Positions 12,578 to 26,362 of a DNA stretch of 64,000 nucleotides are shown here, piece after piece. The translations under genes and the position numbers were made by a program. The DNA is from Malacoraja senta. Lineage: Eukaryota. Numbering within the stretch: position 1 is the first letter of the stretch; each line of letters starts with the position of its first letter. The stretch is from the NCBI GenBank assembly GCA_038087875.1, contig CM075990.1:11782001-11846000 (forward strand), in the 5' to 3' direction. The notes under the pieces are model-generated. The model saw only the letters and a program-made list of their open reading frames with translations, was not told the origin of the DNA and ran no database searches.

Positions 12578-13904
12578 TCTTGCTGCCAGAATCAGATCTC
12601 ACTCCCCCTCCATTTAGCACCAGCCATTGGGTTCAAACGCACTCTTAAAAGGGTGGATGCGGTGAATGATGGATTAGCAGAGCCTGCCTGTTCATTAACT
12701 GTTCCACCCACTGCCTTCTCTCTCTCTCTCCAAGTTGAACCATGTCGTCCTTTGCCACGAACACCGAATGCTGGAGTAACTCCGAGGGTCAGGCCACATC
12801 TCTGGAGAACATGGAGGGGCGACATTTCAGGTCGGGACCGTTCTTCAGACCCGAAACGTCACCTGTCCATGTCCCACAAGGACTGACCCGCTGAGTTACT
12901 CCAGCACCCTGAGCTCTACGCAAGATTCCCATATCTGCAGTTCCTTGTTGTCTTCATTGTCCTTTGTCATCACTTGTCACCTGCACGTCTGCCAGCATCT
13001 GGCCGGAGAACGAGCAAACTCCACACAGACAGCACCCGAGGTCAGGATCGAACCCGGGTCGCTGGAGCGGTGAGGCAGCAACTCTGCCATCTGTGCCACT
13101 CTGCTGCCTTTTGTTATAAACCCACCAGGCCATTGCTCCCTGAAAGTGGAGTCTCCACGACGAAACGTTAAGAAGTAGGATTGTCAATCCGTTCAGTGTA
13201 AGCACAGCATTAAAGCAGGGTGTGACTGAATAAATCTCAAGTCTTTATCTTCAAGCTATTCATGTGTGTGCTTTCAACATCCAATTAAAGTTAAAAGAAC
13301 CTTTTAATTAAGATCTCAATGTTTTGCCCACAAGAGCATCAGATGTTCCAGATGTTATCAAATCTGGCAGCCTCTAATTTTCACTTCTCTCTGGTTTTCT
13401 TCCCCTCATTATTACTGCATAAAGAACCCATAATATTTGCTTTCTCCCATCCTGTTTCACCAACTTGTGCTTAGAAGGAATGTTTGGTGGATTTTTATAT
13501 ACAGTGTCAGGGAGGGGGGGGGGGAGGAGATGTGCTCTCTGTCACGGAGGCTCGGTTGGAGTTTTGTCTTTGCCTCAAGTGAGGGGCTAGCGGGAATCTT
13601 AACCATGCCAGCGGGAACACTGGAGAGATGAGGAGTTAACCGAGTGAGGTGTGATGGATGCGGTGCTCACACGCTTGACTGGGAAATGGAGAGGTGATTT
13701 TTATTTGCGCTGCATCTCCCCAGCAGTACAGATACATAGCAATTTTGGAACAAGTTACTCAGGCCCTCTGGCCTTCAGAGAGACCTTGGTGAATCTATTT
13801 CTTAAATTGATTGAGTGAAAGATACAGCGTGGAAACAGGCCCATTTGGTCCACTGAGAGCACACCAGGCATTGATCACCCGTTCTCACTGGTTCCATGTT
13901 ATCC

Positions 13905-14335
13905 CAGCAGAGAAGGTTATTGGCTGCAACCTTCCCTCCATTGATGAACTGTACACTGCAAGGGCCAGGAAGCGAGCGGGCAACATCATCTCTGACCCTC
14001 CTCACCCTGGCCACAAACTCTTTGAATCACTTCCCTCTGGAAGGCGACTCCGGATTGTCAAAGCTGCCACAGCCAGACATAAAAACAGTTTTTATCCACG
14101 AGTAGTTGCTCTACTCAACAGCCAAAAATCTGTAGCCTCCCTTTGATCTGGTATTTTGTTGGTTCACATGCTTGATCAATGGTGTTTTATCATTAATGTT
14201 TTATTATTATTCATGTTTAGTGTTTTCTGAGTCATTCGTAACTGTCATTGTATGTCATGTTGTTACTTGTGGGCGGAGCACCAAGGCTAATTCCTTGTAT
14301 GTGAATACTTGGCCAATAAACTTACTTACTTACTT
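13905..14335 (+). mobile_element. Rex1/Babar-type LINE 3' fragment
   Basis: AEKVIGCNLPSI..DPPHPGHKLFESLPSGRRLR..KNSFYP C-terminus, AATAAA and (ACTT)n tail. Confidence 0.8.
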
Positions 14336-15439
14336 AGCTTTTTGCATCAACTCTCTGCACACTAGGGGCAAAGTTACAGAGGCCAATTAACCTGCAAACA
14401 CGCACATGCCTTCGGCACGTGGAAAGGGGAGTGGGGGTGGGGGGGAAACGGAGCGCCCAGGGGAAACCCACGCAGTGGCGGGAAGAATGTGCAAACTGCC
14501 TCGGACAGCACCCGAGACCAGAGGTTCTCTGGCGCTGCAAGGCAGCAACTCTACCGCTGCGCCACCTTGCCGTCTACGAAGAAGTTTCCGGGAAATACAT
14601 AAAGCAGGTTTCTGTGAAGCTGCTTCAGTGGCCATCGCTGCCGTGGAGATTCAGTCAGAATATGCAAAGTACAAGCTGCGATAGGTTCTGAAGAGATTGA
14701 AATCCACGCAAAGTTATTATGAATGTTCATTTAATTTAAGCAGGCCGGCAGGCAGGCAGCCCCCTCAAGTGAACCTGTAGAAAGCTGCTCCTTGCTGCAC
14801 CAGGCAGGAGGTGTGTGGCTGCACTTTACCACAGACTCATACAAAGAGTTAATAACTTAATTTTGAGCAAAGAGCATTGATTGAGCCGTGATCTTCTGGG
14901 AGAGGGACGGGCGGGAAGGAAAAGCTCTTAATTACCAAGGATCATAATCCACGGTTATTATTGTTTTAATGCAGCTTTTATTAATTAGCAAAAGCAATCA
15001 TCTCCTGCCATTTGCAAATGACATTCTTCTCTCTTTACCCCACCCTTTGACATTTTCTTTTGATGACTTCTCCTAAGTCCCGGCTGACAGGTCAATGCAG
15101 CTTTCTCCGAGCTGGAAGGGTTTTGAGAATGAATGTAAAGCAAGACCTGCTTCAGAAGGTTTCTGTACGAGGCGCAAAGAGCAGACATCTTTAGAAAAGG
15201 AATTTTAGCCTGAGATTGAGGGGAGGTGAGTGATCAGGGAAGGATTGGCTGGGCTGGGGTAAATTAGGAGATAGACAAAATTGCTGGAGAAGCTCAGCGG
15301 GTGCAGCAGCATCTATGGAGCGAAGGAAATAGGCAACGTTTCGGGCCGAAACCCTTCTTCAGACTGGGGTAAATTAGATAAGGTGGGGCGAGGATGGGTG
15401 GAGGCGGGCATTTATTCCGAGACAACGAGAATATAAAAA

Positions 15440-16030
15440 CAGGGATGTAATTCTGGGGCTCTATAAGCTGCTGGTCCGTCCACATTTGGAATATCATGAG
15501 CAGTTTTGGGCCACACATCTGAGGAAGGATGTGCTGGTGCTGGCGCTGGAGAGAGTTCAGAAGAGGTGTACAAGAATGATCCCAGGAATGAGTGGGTTAA
15601 CGTATGGTGAGCGTTTGATGGCACTGGGCCTGTACTTGCTGGAGTTTAGAAGGATGAGTTGGGGGGGGGGGGGGGACCTCATTGAAACACAGAATAGTGA
15701 AAGGCCTGGGTAGAGTGGATGTGGAGATGATGTCTCCACTTGTGGGAGAGGCTAGGACCAGAGGCCATAGCCTCAGAACAAAAGGACGTACCTTTAGAAA
15801 GGAGGAATTTCTTTAGTCGGAGGGTAGCGAATCTGTGGAATTCATTGCCACAGAAGGCCGTGGAGACCTAGTCAATGGATAGCTTTACGGCCGAGGTTGA
15901 CAGATTTGAGATTATTTTGGGTATCAGGGGTTATGGGGAGATTGGGGTTGAGAGGGAAAGATAGGATTGAATGGCGGAGTAGACTCGATGGGCTGAATGG
16001 CCTAATTCTGCTCCTGGAACTTACAAACTT
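15440..16030 (+). mobile_element. CR1-clade LINE 3' fragment (degraded)
   Basis: ALERVQKRCTRMIPG..LGLYLLEFRRM followed by CR1 3' UTR. Confidence 0.82.
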
Positions 16031-17326
16031 ATTCATGTGGAGGCACCAGTGGATTGGTGGTCAGTGAACGTGGGTGAGGTCACAAAGTTGAAAGATGAGA
16101 CGGTGAAATGAATTATTGTTGATCCTTGGTTTGTGCCCAGGTAGATATTCTCAGCTGGGGCAGTGAAAGACATCCTCTAGTTGGGTTCTGCATCAGGGCT
16201 GGAATATAAGGCCAGGGATGGTTCCGTTATTGATCAGTATCCACACTCTCCACGTACGTATGGACAGGATCAGACTCCAATGGCTTTGTAGTCAAATAAT
16301 CTAATACACGCTCAATTAAACATCTGTTTGCTGGGGCATGTTACTGTGACTATCTCTGTACAACTGAAGATAGACACAAGGTACCAGAGTAATTCAGCTG
16401 GTCTGGCGGCATCTCAGGGGGAAAGGAGTCGGTGACGTTTCGGCTCGGAAACCTTCTTCAGACCCGGAACATGACCGATTCCCTTGCTCCAGAGATGCTG
16501 TCAGACTCGCTGAGTTACTATCTTCAGTGTAAACCAGCATCTGCAGTTCCCTCCTCCACATCTCTGTGGAACTCCACGTATCGAACCAGGGTCTCTGGTG
16601 CTGTACAGTAAGGCAGCAACTCTACCGCTGTGCCACCATGCTGCCCTGGACTTTCATCAAAACCTGCTTGCTTTATTTCCGGATCCTTTGCCTGTTTTTA
16701 ACCGTGTATAATATTCGTTCAATGGGCTGGATTTCTGCTGCCATCTCTTAATCTACCTCTGCCTGAGTGTCAACCTATATATAAATATTTTTGGTAACTC
16801 AATCCTCAAAGTTACTGTGTGAAGGTGATTCAAATTGATCTTATTTGCATTACCAGTCCAACTCTTTTATTGATTGCTTCAGAAGATGCACTAAGGGCTA
16901 TTGACTAGCCTGCTAAGTTTAATTTCGAAGACGAGGGTTATGAATCAAGCAAGTTGAAATGGAGCCAATGTTAATATCCATTCCAGAGTAAAGCCATGCT
17001 GATGTACTTGTCTGATTAGGACTTCCTCTTGGTCCACGTCAACAAAATTAAGTCTCAATTATTTTCTTTGTAGCCTATAAAGCTGAAGCTTTATAAGGCA
17101 CTGGTGAGGCCTCATTTGGAATATTGCGAGCCGTTTTGGGCCCTGTATCTGAGGATGTGCTGACTTTGGACAGGGTCCAAGTTACGAGAATGATCTGCAG
17201 ACTGATTGGGTTAACGTATGAGGTGCATTTGATGGCTCTGGGCCTGTACTCACTGGGGTAATCTCCCAGAAATGGGACAGTCCAGAACCAGAGGGCACAG
17301 CTTCAGAATAAAAGGGTGTACCTTTA

Positions 17327-17939
17327 AGGGCCTGTCCCACTTGGGCGTCATTTGCGCGACAGGCCGGTAGTGAATGTCGCGCGAAAATCGTCTAGCAGTA
17401 CGACAGTCGCGCGCCAAGTGCTCTTGAGGGCCCTGCTTCTTTTGGGAGCCATTTGCAATGTCATTCATACTTAGTCCGATCTCCGTGGCAAGGATTTTCC
17501 CAGTGAAAATCAAAGATACTATGGTGAAGATTTTTCAAAATTACCCGCGCTTTATACCCGGGTGGTCACGTGGTGCGGCGCTCAAATGACGCGCAAATGC
17601 CGCGCCGACGGCGTAGGGCGGCGCATGATTACGGACGTTGACGTACGGTGACGCATAATAAATTAGCATAGGCAATGTTCGTGCGTAACCGTGCGTAACC
17701 ATGCATCACCACGCGCTACACGTACGCCGTCAGTACGTCACCGTACGCCAACAGTACATCAGCGTGCGCAAGGAATACGTCACGCAAGTGGCCACGAGAA
17801 TTTTGAGCACTGCAAAATCCTGGGGCGCCGCGCGTTATCGCACGTCACTGCATACGCCACCACGCATCACCACACGCCATGCGCGCGTCAACCAATTTTT
17901 AGGATGACGCGCAAATGATGCCCAAGTGGGACAGGCCCT
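17327..17939. mobile_element. PIF/Harbinger-type MITE (subfamily B) inserted in a CR1 fragment
   Basis: TIR AGGGCCTGTCCCACTTGGGC at both ends, TTA duplicated. Removing it restores LINE sequence gtaccTTTAgaatagagatgagg. Confidence 0.88.
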
Positions 17940-19667
17940 TTAGAATAGAGATGAGGAGGAATTTCTTCAGTCAGTGGGTGGTAAATCTGTGGAATTCACA
18001 CCCTGCCTATCCTAAAACCACTTAAACACCACTATCATATCTGTCTCCACCACCACTCCTGGCAGCGCATTCCAGACATTCACCATCCTCTTGGTAAAAA
18101 ATAAATAAATTGCCTTTAAACTTCACCTTTATACTTTGGCCCTCTTACCTTAAAGCTGTGCCCTCTAGTTTTTGACATCTCCACACTTGCACCTTTGCGG
18201 TTTGTATTATTGAAAGGGATGGCCATGGTCCTGACATTATCCATCATTCTCCAACCTGGGTATAAGTACAGTCATTTACTGTGCACTGTAGTTTAGTTTA
18301 GAAATACAGCATGGTAACAGGCCCTTCAGCCCACCACGTCCGCACCAACCAGCGATCCCTGCACATTAACACTATCCTACACACACTAGGGACAATTTAC
18401 AATTATACCAAGCCAATTAACCTACAAACTTGTACATCTTTGGAGTGTGGGAGGAAACCGGAGCATCTGGAGAAAACCCATGCAGGTCGAGGGGAGAAGG
18501 TACAAACTCCGTGCAGACTGCCCCTGTGGTCTCTGGCGCTGTGAGGCAGCAACTCTACCGCTGCGCCACTGTGCCTAGTTTCTGGTTTCCCAATTATAAC
18601 ACAAGCCTGTGTGGAAGCAGTGTATAGATGCAAGGTCTTCTCAAAATGGAGCAGATTTGTCCTTTGCCATTTAATCTGATTACAGACCCACAAAAGCTGA
18701 GGTAAAGCAAGGTTTGCTGCCAAATGCTGCACAGTTGATGTGTTCCTGTCTAATTGTGAGATTATCACTGATCATTTAGTTATGATCACATCCTTTGTCA
18801 ATGCTCCCTGAACACAAATTGCTTGCTGGCTTTCTTGCTGTACAACCGTGCCTGTACATTATTGGTATTGAGAGCCACTGAAAGGGATGTAAAAGGTGCT
18901 GTCATAATATAGCCAGATAATAAAGGTGGAGGGTTGGATTAAGATGCAGGTCCACCATAATGTACCAATTAGATGTAAGTTTGGACTTGATTGTATAGTA
19001 TTATCAGGTCTCTTTGGATAGACAATAGACAATGGGTGCAGGAGTAGGCCATTCGGCCCTTTGAGCCAGCACCGCCATTCAATGTGATCATCCCTAATCA
19101 GTACCCCGTTCCTGCCTTCTCCCCATATCCCCTGACTCCGCTATCTTTAACAGCCCTATCTTTAAGAGCTCTCTCTTGAAAGTATCCTGAGAACCAGCCT
19201 CCACCGCCCTCTGAGGCAGAGAATTCCACAGACTCACAACTCTCTGCGTGAAGAAGTGTTTCCTCGTCTCCATTCTAAATGGCTTACCCCTTATACTGTA
19301 GCATGCAAAGCAAAGCTTTTCTGTAATAATAAGGAACTGCAGATGCTGGTTTATCCCAAAGTGCTGAAGTAACTCAGCGTGTCCAGCACCATCTCTGGAG
19401 AAACTGAATATGAGATTCATCTTCAGAAGGATCCCAACCCGAAACATCACCAATCCATTTTCTCCAGAGATGCTGCCTGACCCGCTGAGTTAATCTAACA
19501 CTTTGTGTCTAAACAAAGCATTTTGTTGTTGCTCGGTACATGAGACAATAATAAACATATATCTATTTGAATTATGGGACAGGGATGAGAGGCTGAATGG
19601 ATTCCGAAATTGCACAGGCATTGTGCCGGCACTCTAAATTCAAAATGGTGAAGAACAATTGGACATC

Positions 19668-19972
19668 GTTTAGTTTTGTTTAGATACACGGTTTTAGAAA
19701 CAGGCCCTTCGGCCCATCGCGCTCGCACTGACCAGCAATCCCCGCACACTAACACTGTCCTGCACACACGAGAGACAACTTGCAATTTTTACCAAGCCAA
19801 TTAGCCTACAGACCAGGTGTGTCTTTGGAGTGTGGGAGGAAACCGGGGATCCCGGAGAAAACCCACGCAGGTCACGGGGAGAACGTACAAACTCCGTACC
19901 GTCAGCTACCCGTAGTCAGGATTGAACCCGGGACTCTGGCGCTGTGAGGCAGCAACTCTACCGCCGTGCCGC
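19668..19972 (-). mobile_element. V-SINE
   Basis: Reverse-complement copy; another at 18290-18575. Confidence 0.82.
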
Positions 19973-21714
19973 CCACGGGGGAAGCAAATCAATCTCTCGG
20001 GGACCCAGCAACTAAAGGAAGACCATCAATAAAATAAGAGAGATGCTCTCTGTCTTTAAGGCCCACCTGACTTGAACTGAAGGTCAGCTCATTTAAAATA
20101 TAGACCAGCCAAGAGATCTGAGCTCTGGAGTGCTGTAACGTGCTTTCATGTGCGTGTGTGTGTGTGAGGTATTGAGGCCATTTATAATGCTCATAAACAC
20201 AGCTTGTAGTGTTGGAGATATTGTTTATCTGATATCACGAAAGGGCTATAAATTGTCCCCACACCAACGAGTAATTGTTTTTGGAGGGTGTTGGGCTTTT
20301 TGTTGTGGCCTGATGGATGTACATTTCAGAAATACTGTACGTAATCTGCAATATTAAAGTGTTCTGCAATGATCAGGACACCCTGTGGCACCTCATCAAC
20401 ACCAAGGCACCAGTGCTGGTCTCTCTTGAACCCCAGTAAATGTTGGGCCAAAGGGTCTTCTCACCACTCAGTCAACATCATTAAAAATGGGTGCTGTCTT
20501 TGTGGAGTTTGCATGTATCCTCCGATGGCAGTCAGGGTTTCCTCCGGGTGTTCCGGTTTCTTCCCACATCCCCAAAGACATCCAGGTTTATAGGCTAATT
20601 TGTCCCTCCTGTGTAGGGAGTGGATGTGAAACTGGAATAACACGGAACATGTGGGCCGAAGGGACACTTTCCATCCTGTATCTCCAAAAGAGGGTCCCAG
20701 CCCAAACCGTTGTCGATCCATTCCTTCCGCGGATGCAGTCTGACCCGCTGAGTTACTCCAGTACTTCGGGTTTAACTCATCATTCCATCATCTGCATGTC
20801 TCCGTCATTAAACCTCCCCTGCATTATGGCAGTGCGGCAAGGAGGCACAGCAGTAGCGCTGCTGCCTCACGGCACCAGGGACCCGGGTTCGATCCTGACC
20901 TTGGGTGCTGTCGGTGCGGAGTTTGCACGTTCTCCCTGTGACCGAGTGGGTTTTCGCTGGGTGCTCCGGTTTCCCCCCACATCCCAAAGTGCTGAAGAAG
21001 GGTCCCAACCTGAAACGTTACCCATCCATTTCCCCCAGAAATACAGCCTGATCGCTGAGTTGCTCCAGCACTTTGTGTCCAACTAAAGACTCTCAGCCTA
21101 GAGAGAAAAATATTTCATTTTGGAATTAAATTGGGAAAAGCCTTATTTTGACCCCTAGTTCCAGATTCTCCTTCAAGAGAAAACTTCTTCTCCACATCCA
21201 TTCAGTCCACGCCTTTGGAATCTTACATGTTTCATTCAAATCCCTTCTCACTCCTCTGAACACCAACAGATACAAACCTAATCTGTCTATCCCATCTTCG
21301 TAACACAACTGTCCATTTCAGCTCACTGTCTAGTAAACCTCTGAATTACATCCAATATAAACGTGACCTTTCAAACACAGACCCATTTCCAACCTTGTGT
21401 ACATTACACACAGTTACCTGCAACACACAACTGCTCATGGAACATACCGCCATTTAATGTGCACTCACATGCCACATGCATACACTTACTCCAAACCTGC
21501 ACACGTTAGGTATGTGAACACAAACATTACTCACTTGTGCACGCATGTACACACACATGCTGAACATACACGCATGCTCACTTTATATGCATACGGAGGA
21601 ACTGCAGGTGCTGGCTTAAACCGAAGACAGACACAGAAACGTTGGAGTAGATCAGCGGGTCAGGCAGCATCTCTGGAGAAAAGGAATAGGTGGTGTTTCG
21701 AGTGGAGTCTCAGT

Positions 21715-21742
21715 CTGAAGAAGGGTCTCGACCCGAAACGTC
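21715..21742 (+). ncRNA. Minimal hammerhead ribozyme-like core (Penelope type)
   Basis: CUGAAGA-A-[GGGUC UC GACCC]-GAAA-CGUC. Identical copies at 33208-33235 (+) and 28815-28842 (-); variants at 15335-15362 (-), 32634-32661 (-) and 46043-46070 (+). Helix I is not clearly formed. Confidence 0.55.
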
Positions 21743-23712
21743 ACCTATTCCTTTTCTCCAGAGATGCCGCCTGGCCCGCTGAGTTACTCCAGCTGTGTGT
21801 GTCTGTGCTCAGGTTATATGCTTGTGTATAGGCACAGAATCTACTGCACAGTACAGACATACATACATGTAACATGTAACACAAGGTACACACATGATCA
21901 CATATGGACTTGCACACAAATGTGTACTGTACATATATACAGTCACTGCATACAATGCAACACACATGCAGGCATACAATTTACACGTCACACTTCTGTG
22001 CTCACTCATACCCCACCCACACTCAAAGCTAATTGTTGGAGCAGTCCTCTCCCCATCCCCCAATGCACAGTGACCTTTTTGTGGCAGTGGGTGGGGGGGA
22101 GGGGGGAGGGGGGAGGAAAAGTATTTCATAATAGTGTGAACATAAATTAAATTTGAGGCCTCCAGCGAAACAAGGCCTCCGCAACTTTGGAAGGGGAACA
22201 GCTGGAATCGTTTAATAATACTCCTCGTTGTTTCTGCTCATGGTTGTTCAGTGAGCTGAAGGGAGGCTGCACTGAATAAAACTCATTCCCTGCAGATGCT
22301 GGGAGATCTGGTGCCTTTCTTCCCAGCCCTCCCCTCTCCCCCTCCCCGATGAATCACCAGCCAGGGGCATTGAAAACAAACCTTCCCTCCTCTTCAACTG
22401 GACAAATAACAAACTTGGCACATCAATAAGGAGCCATGACTGTGCAGACCAGGGGCACTGACTCTCCGAGCCCCTTTGCTATCACACAGTCAGGCATTGT
22501 TCCCCTTGGGTTGTTTGGCCATACCCCTTGAGGACACTACTCACTCCTAGAGAGATGTGGCGCATGCTCCTTTTCCCACTTACAAAACATTCCAGAGACG
22601 TACAGGGCTTGTAGGTTAATTGGCTTGTTGTAAATGTAATATTGTCCCTAGTGTGTGTCGGGTAGTGTTAGGGTGCGGGGATTGCTGGTCGGTGCGGGCT
22701 CGGTGGGCCGAAGGGGCCTGTTTCCGCACTGTATCTCTAAACTGAACTAAAAATCCTACCTTCCTGTGCAGAATACATTCACCAAAAACAGACGGCTTTT
22801 CTTAAGTTTAAATTTCATTTTCAGCATGCTTCGTTCTGAACTTGAGTACATGGTTATACTGGTGGTGGTGGTGGTGGTGGTTGGGGGGGGGGGGGGGTGC
22901 TCAAGGGACCAGTGGGCTCATCATATCGCTGTGCATCACAGGCTGAGTAAATGGACCATGGTGTCTGGAGAATTCAGTGGATGCTGACTCATAAAATATT
23001 CCTTGCTGAGTACCAATGCACTTGTTTTCTGCAGTGATAGCATTATTTAGCAGGCATGCACGCACGCAGGTGGTGAATATGTGGAATGCATTGTCAAAGA
23101 AGGCTGTGGAGGCCAAGTCAGTGGATATATTGAAAGCAGAGGTGGATAGGTTCTTGATTAGTACAGGTGTCAGGGGTAATGGGGAGAAGGCAGGAGAATA
23201 GGGTTAGGGGAGAGAGATAGATCAGCCATGATTGAATGGCGGAGTAGACTTGATGGGCCCAATGGCCTGCTGCTATCATTTAAGAGCTTTTACAGAGAGT
23301 CACACTCAGTGCACGATAGTGCCGCAGCTGGTAGAGCTGCTGCCTCACAGCGCCAGAGACCCGGGTTTGATCCTGACATCGATTGCTGTCTGTGAGGAGT
23401 TTGCACGTTCTCCGTGCGTGAGTTTACTCCAGGCGTTCTGGTCTCCTCCCTTGTCCCAAGCCGTGCGGGTTTGTAGGTTAATTGGCCTCTCTAAATGCCC
23501 CAAGTGTGTTGGGAGTGGATGAGAAAGTGGGATAATGTAGAACTGGTGTAAACAGGCGATTGATGCTCGGCATGGACTTGATGGGCCGCCCACATCTACC
23601 GGGCAGTCACTCCCAGCAAAGTGCACCACTCCTACACACACTGCATTCAACTCTGACGCATGCTCTCTCCCTGTCACACACATGCAGTATGTGTCTCCCT
23701 CTGAAACTCACT

Positions 23713-23715
<3 letters not shown>

Positions 23716-23807
<92 letters not shown>

Positions 23808-23816
23808 CCTCACACA

Positions 23817-23882
<66 letters not shown>

Positions 23883-24292
23883 CATAGCCTCACGGAAACA
23901 CACACACACACACACACACACACATCCTCACACACGCACACACACACACATCATAGCCTCACACAGTCTCTCATACTTGAACACACACAGTATCGCTTGC
24001 AAACATAATCTCACACAAACTCTCTCACACTCATAATCTCCCTCCCTCTGTCCCCCTCTGTCCCCCTCTGTCCCCCTCTGTCCCCCTCTGTCCCCCTCTG
24101 TCCCCCTCTGTCCCCCTCTGTCCCCCTCTGTCCCCCTCTGTCCCCCTCTGTCCCCCTCTGTCCCCCCTCTGTCCCCCCTCTGTCCCCCCTCTGTCCCCCT
24201 CTGTCTCCGTCTCTCTCTCTCTGTCTCTCTCTCTCTCTCTGTCTCTCTCTCTGGCTCTCTCACTCTCTCTCCCTCTCTCTCTCTCTCTCACA
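23716..24292. repeat. Compound (CA)n, (TCCCCCTCTG)n and (TC)n repeat
   Basis: CA tract 23716-23950, 10/11-bp minisatellite ~24044-24203, TC tract to ~24290. Confidence 0.95.
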
Positions 24293-24647
24293 TACTCACA
24301 AACACACAGACACATCTGTGATAGAAGAGCACAGAGGCCGTGCGTTAGTAGAAAAATACAAAACAAGGTCAATATTCTCCACCTTTAATCGATTGTATTC
24401 CAGGATCAGCAGCTTCTTCATCTGTGAGGTTTCAAATTGCGCTATTAAATCACACGACATAAATATGTGACGATGCAATGAATGTGAATGGGAATAAGAG
24501 GGTCTTGGCGACTCGCTTCATGTGCGGAGTGGAAATGTATCATTTCTACAGCACTTAGCCCTCGCTCGGCAAGCCCAAAGCTGCTCCCAGCTGCAGAGAT
24601 GCAAGTGGGATGAGAATTGTGAGTGTGACTATATTTTCCACCTAGAG

Positions 24648-25019
24648 CAGGGGTGGGGAACCTGCGGCCTTAAGGCCTCATGCGGCCTTCTAGGCCCTTA
24701 AGTGCGGCCTTTTGAATCATTCAAATTTTGTCGAACAAATCCTTTTATTTTTATTAATATGTTTTTGTTCGTCTTTTTATTATTTTTATTTTAATCTTAA
24801 AATGAACGCATTTAAAATACCAAAGAGTAAAAGAAGATTCAACGAAACAATCCTCTCCGACTGACGGCCACAATTAAAACATTAGTAAGCCATGAGGGTC
24901 ATTTTAACCAAGTAATGTACATTTTGAAGTATATCTAATTGAAGTATCTTGGATGCGGCCTTATTAGATTACAGCTAACTTAATGCGGCATTCCAACATG
25001 AAAAGGCTCCCCACCCCTG
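24648..25019. mobile_element. hAT-Charlie-type MITE
   Basis: TIR CAGGGGTGGGGAACC / GGCTCCCCACCCCTG; 8-bp TSD ACCTAGAG/ACCTAGAC with central CTAG; subterminal TGCGGCCT repeats. Confidence 0.88.
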
Positions 25020-25480
25020 ACCTAGACAATGGTGAAAGATTCCAGCCTCCAGCACCTTCTGGAACAAATTATACACATGGCCCCGTGTTGTCGGGTTTGA
25101 CAGTATCATCGATGAATCTGCAGAATGCAATCCCCAGACATTGGTGTAAATCTGAACATGTTGAATAATACAAAAAATAAAAATATATTCTGAAAATGAT
25201 GCATGGAGGAGCCTGGATCTGAGGAAGAAGCAGATTTAAATAGTCTTAGGTGGACAAAAATGCTGGAGAAACTCAGCGGGTGAGGCAGCATCTATGGAGC
25301 GAAGGAATAGGCGACGTTTCGGGTCGAGACCCTATTCCTCACCCGTTGAGTTTCTCCAGCATTTTTGTCTACCTTCTATTTTTCCAGGGTCTGCAGCACT
25401 TTTTTAAACAGTCTTAGATACTTTATCTCATTTGCACACACACACACTCACCTCAAATGCATATACACTTGAGGGTACAC

Positions 25481-26155
25481 TGGCAGCATGATGGCGCAGC
25501 GGTAGAGTTGCTGCCTTATAGCGCCAGAGACCCAGGTTCGATCCTGACTACGGGTGCTGTCTGTAAGGAGTTTGCACGTTCTCCCCGTGACCTGCGTGGG
25601 TTTTCTCCGGGTGCTCCGGTTTCCTCCCACACTCCATAGACGCGCAGGTGTGTAGGTTAATTGGCTGGGTATAATTGTAAATTGGCACTGGTGTGTGTAG
25701 GATAGTGTTAGTGTGTGGAGATCGGTGGTCGGCACGCACACGGTTTGGCAAAAGGGCCTGTTTCCGCGCTGCACCTCAAAACTAAAGTAAACGAAACTAA
25801 ATCACACCGATGCCTCTGGTTACGTATTCACGATGCGTACCGTGAGACCCACACACCACAGGGAAGCACAGTGACGCGGCCGGTGGAACTGCTGCCTCAC
25901 AGCACTGGAGACCCAGGTTCAATCCTGACCTCGGGAGCAGTTTGTGTGAAGTTTGTACGTTCTCCCTGTGACTGTGTGGGTTTACTCCAGGTGTTCCGGT
26001 TTCCTCCAACACCCCAAAGACATACAGGTTTGTAGGTTAACGGCCCTCTGAAAAATGCCCCTAGTATGTAGAGCGTGGATGAGAAACTGGCGTAACAAAG
26101 AACCATTGTGAATGGATGGTTGATGTGGAATCTGTTTCAATGCTGCATCTCTAAA
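25481..26155 (+). mobile_element. Two tandem V-SINE copies (25481-25801 and 25863-26155)
   Basis: Each has tRNA-like head, V-domain and tail. Further copies or fragments lie near 20490, 20835, 22570, 23310, 28206, 28556, 31200, 35396, 44168, 47098, 50000, 54750 and 59590. Confidence 0.82.
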
Positions 26156-26362
26156 CATGAAACAGAAACACATATAGACACATATACACATAACGCATGC
26201 TTTCTTTCTCTTTAGTTCGCTTTCTCTCCTTCTCCCCCACCCCCTCCCCTTCTCAAGGACAACTAGGAATGGGCAATCAGCCTGTAAAGCCCACGTCTCT
26301 TGAATGGATCTACTTACTCTGAGAGCTGGTATAGACAGGGTAGGCGGAATAGTTTCCTTTTA

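Noticed and set aside
20487..21086. 199-aa ORF
   Set aside because: Composed of two V-SINE pieces and Penelope-like fragments.
23560..24372. His/Thr- and Cys/Val-rich ORFs (also at 48988, 60575 and the Pro/Ser-rich ORF at 40099)
   Set aside because: Translations of microsatellite or low-complexity tracts.
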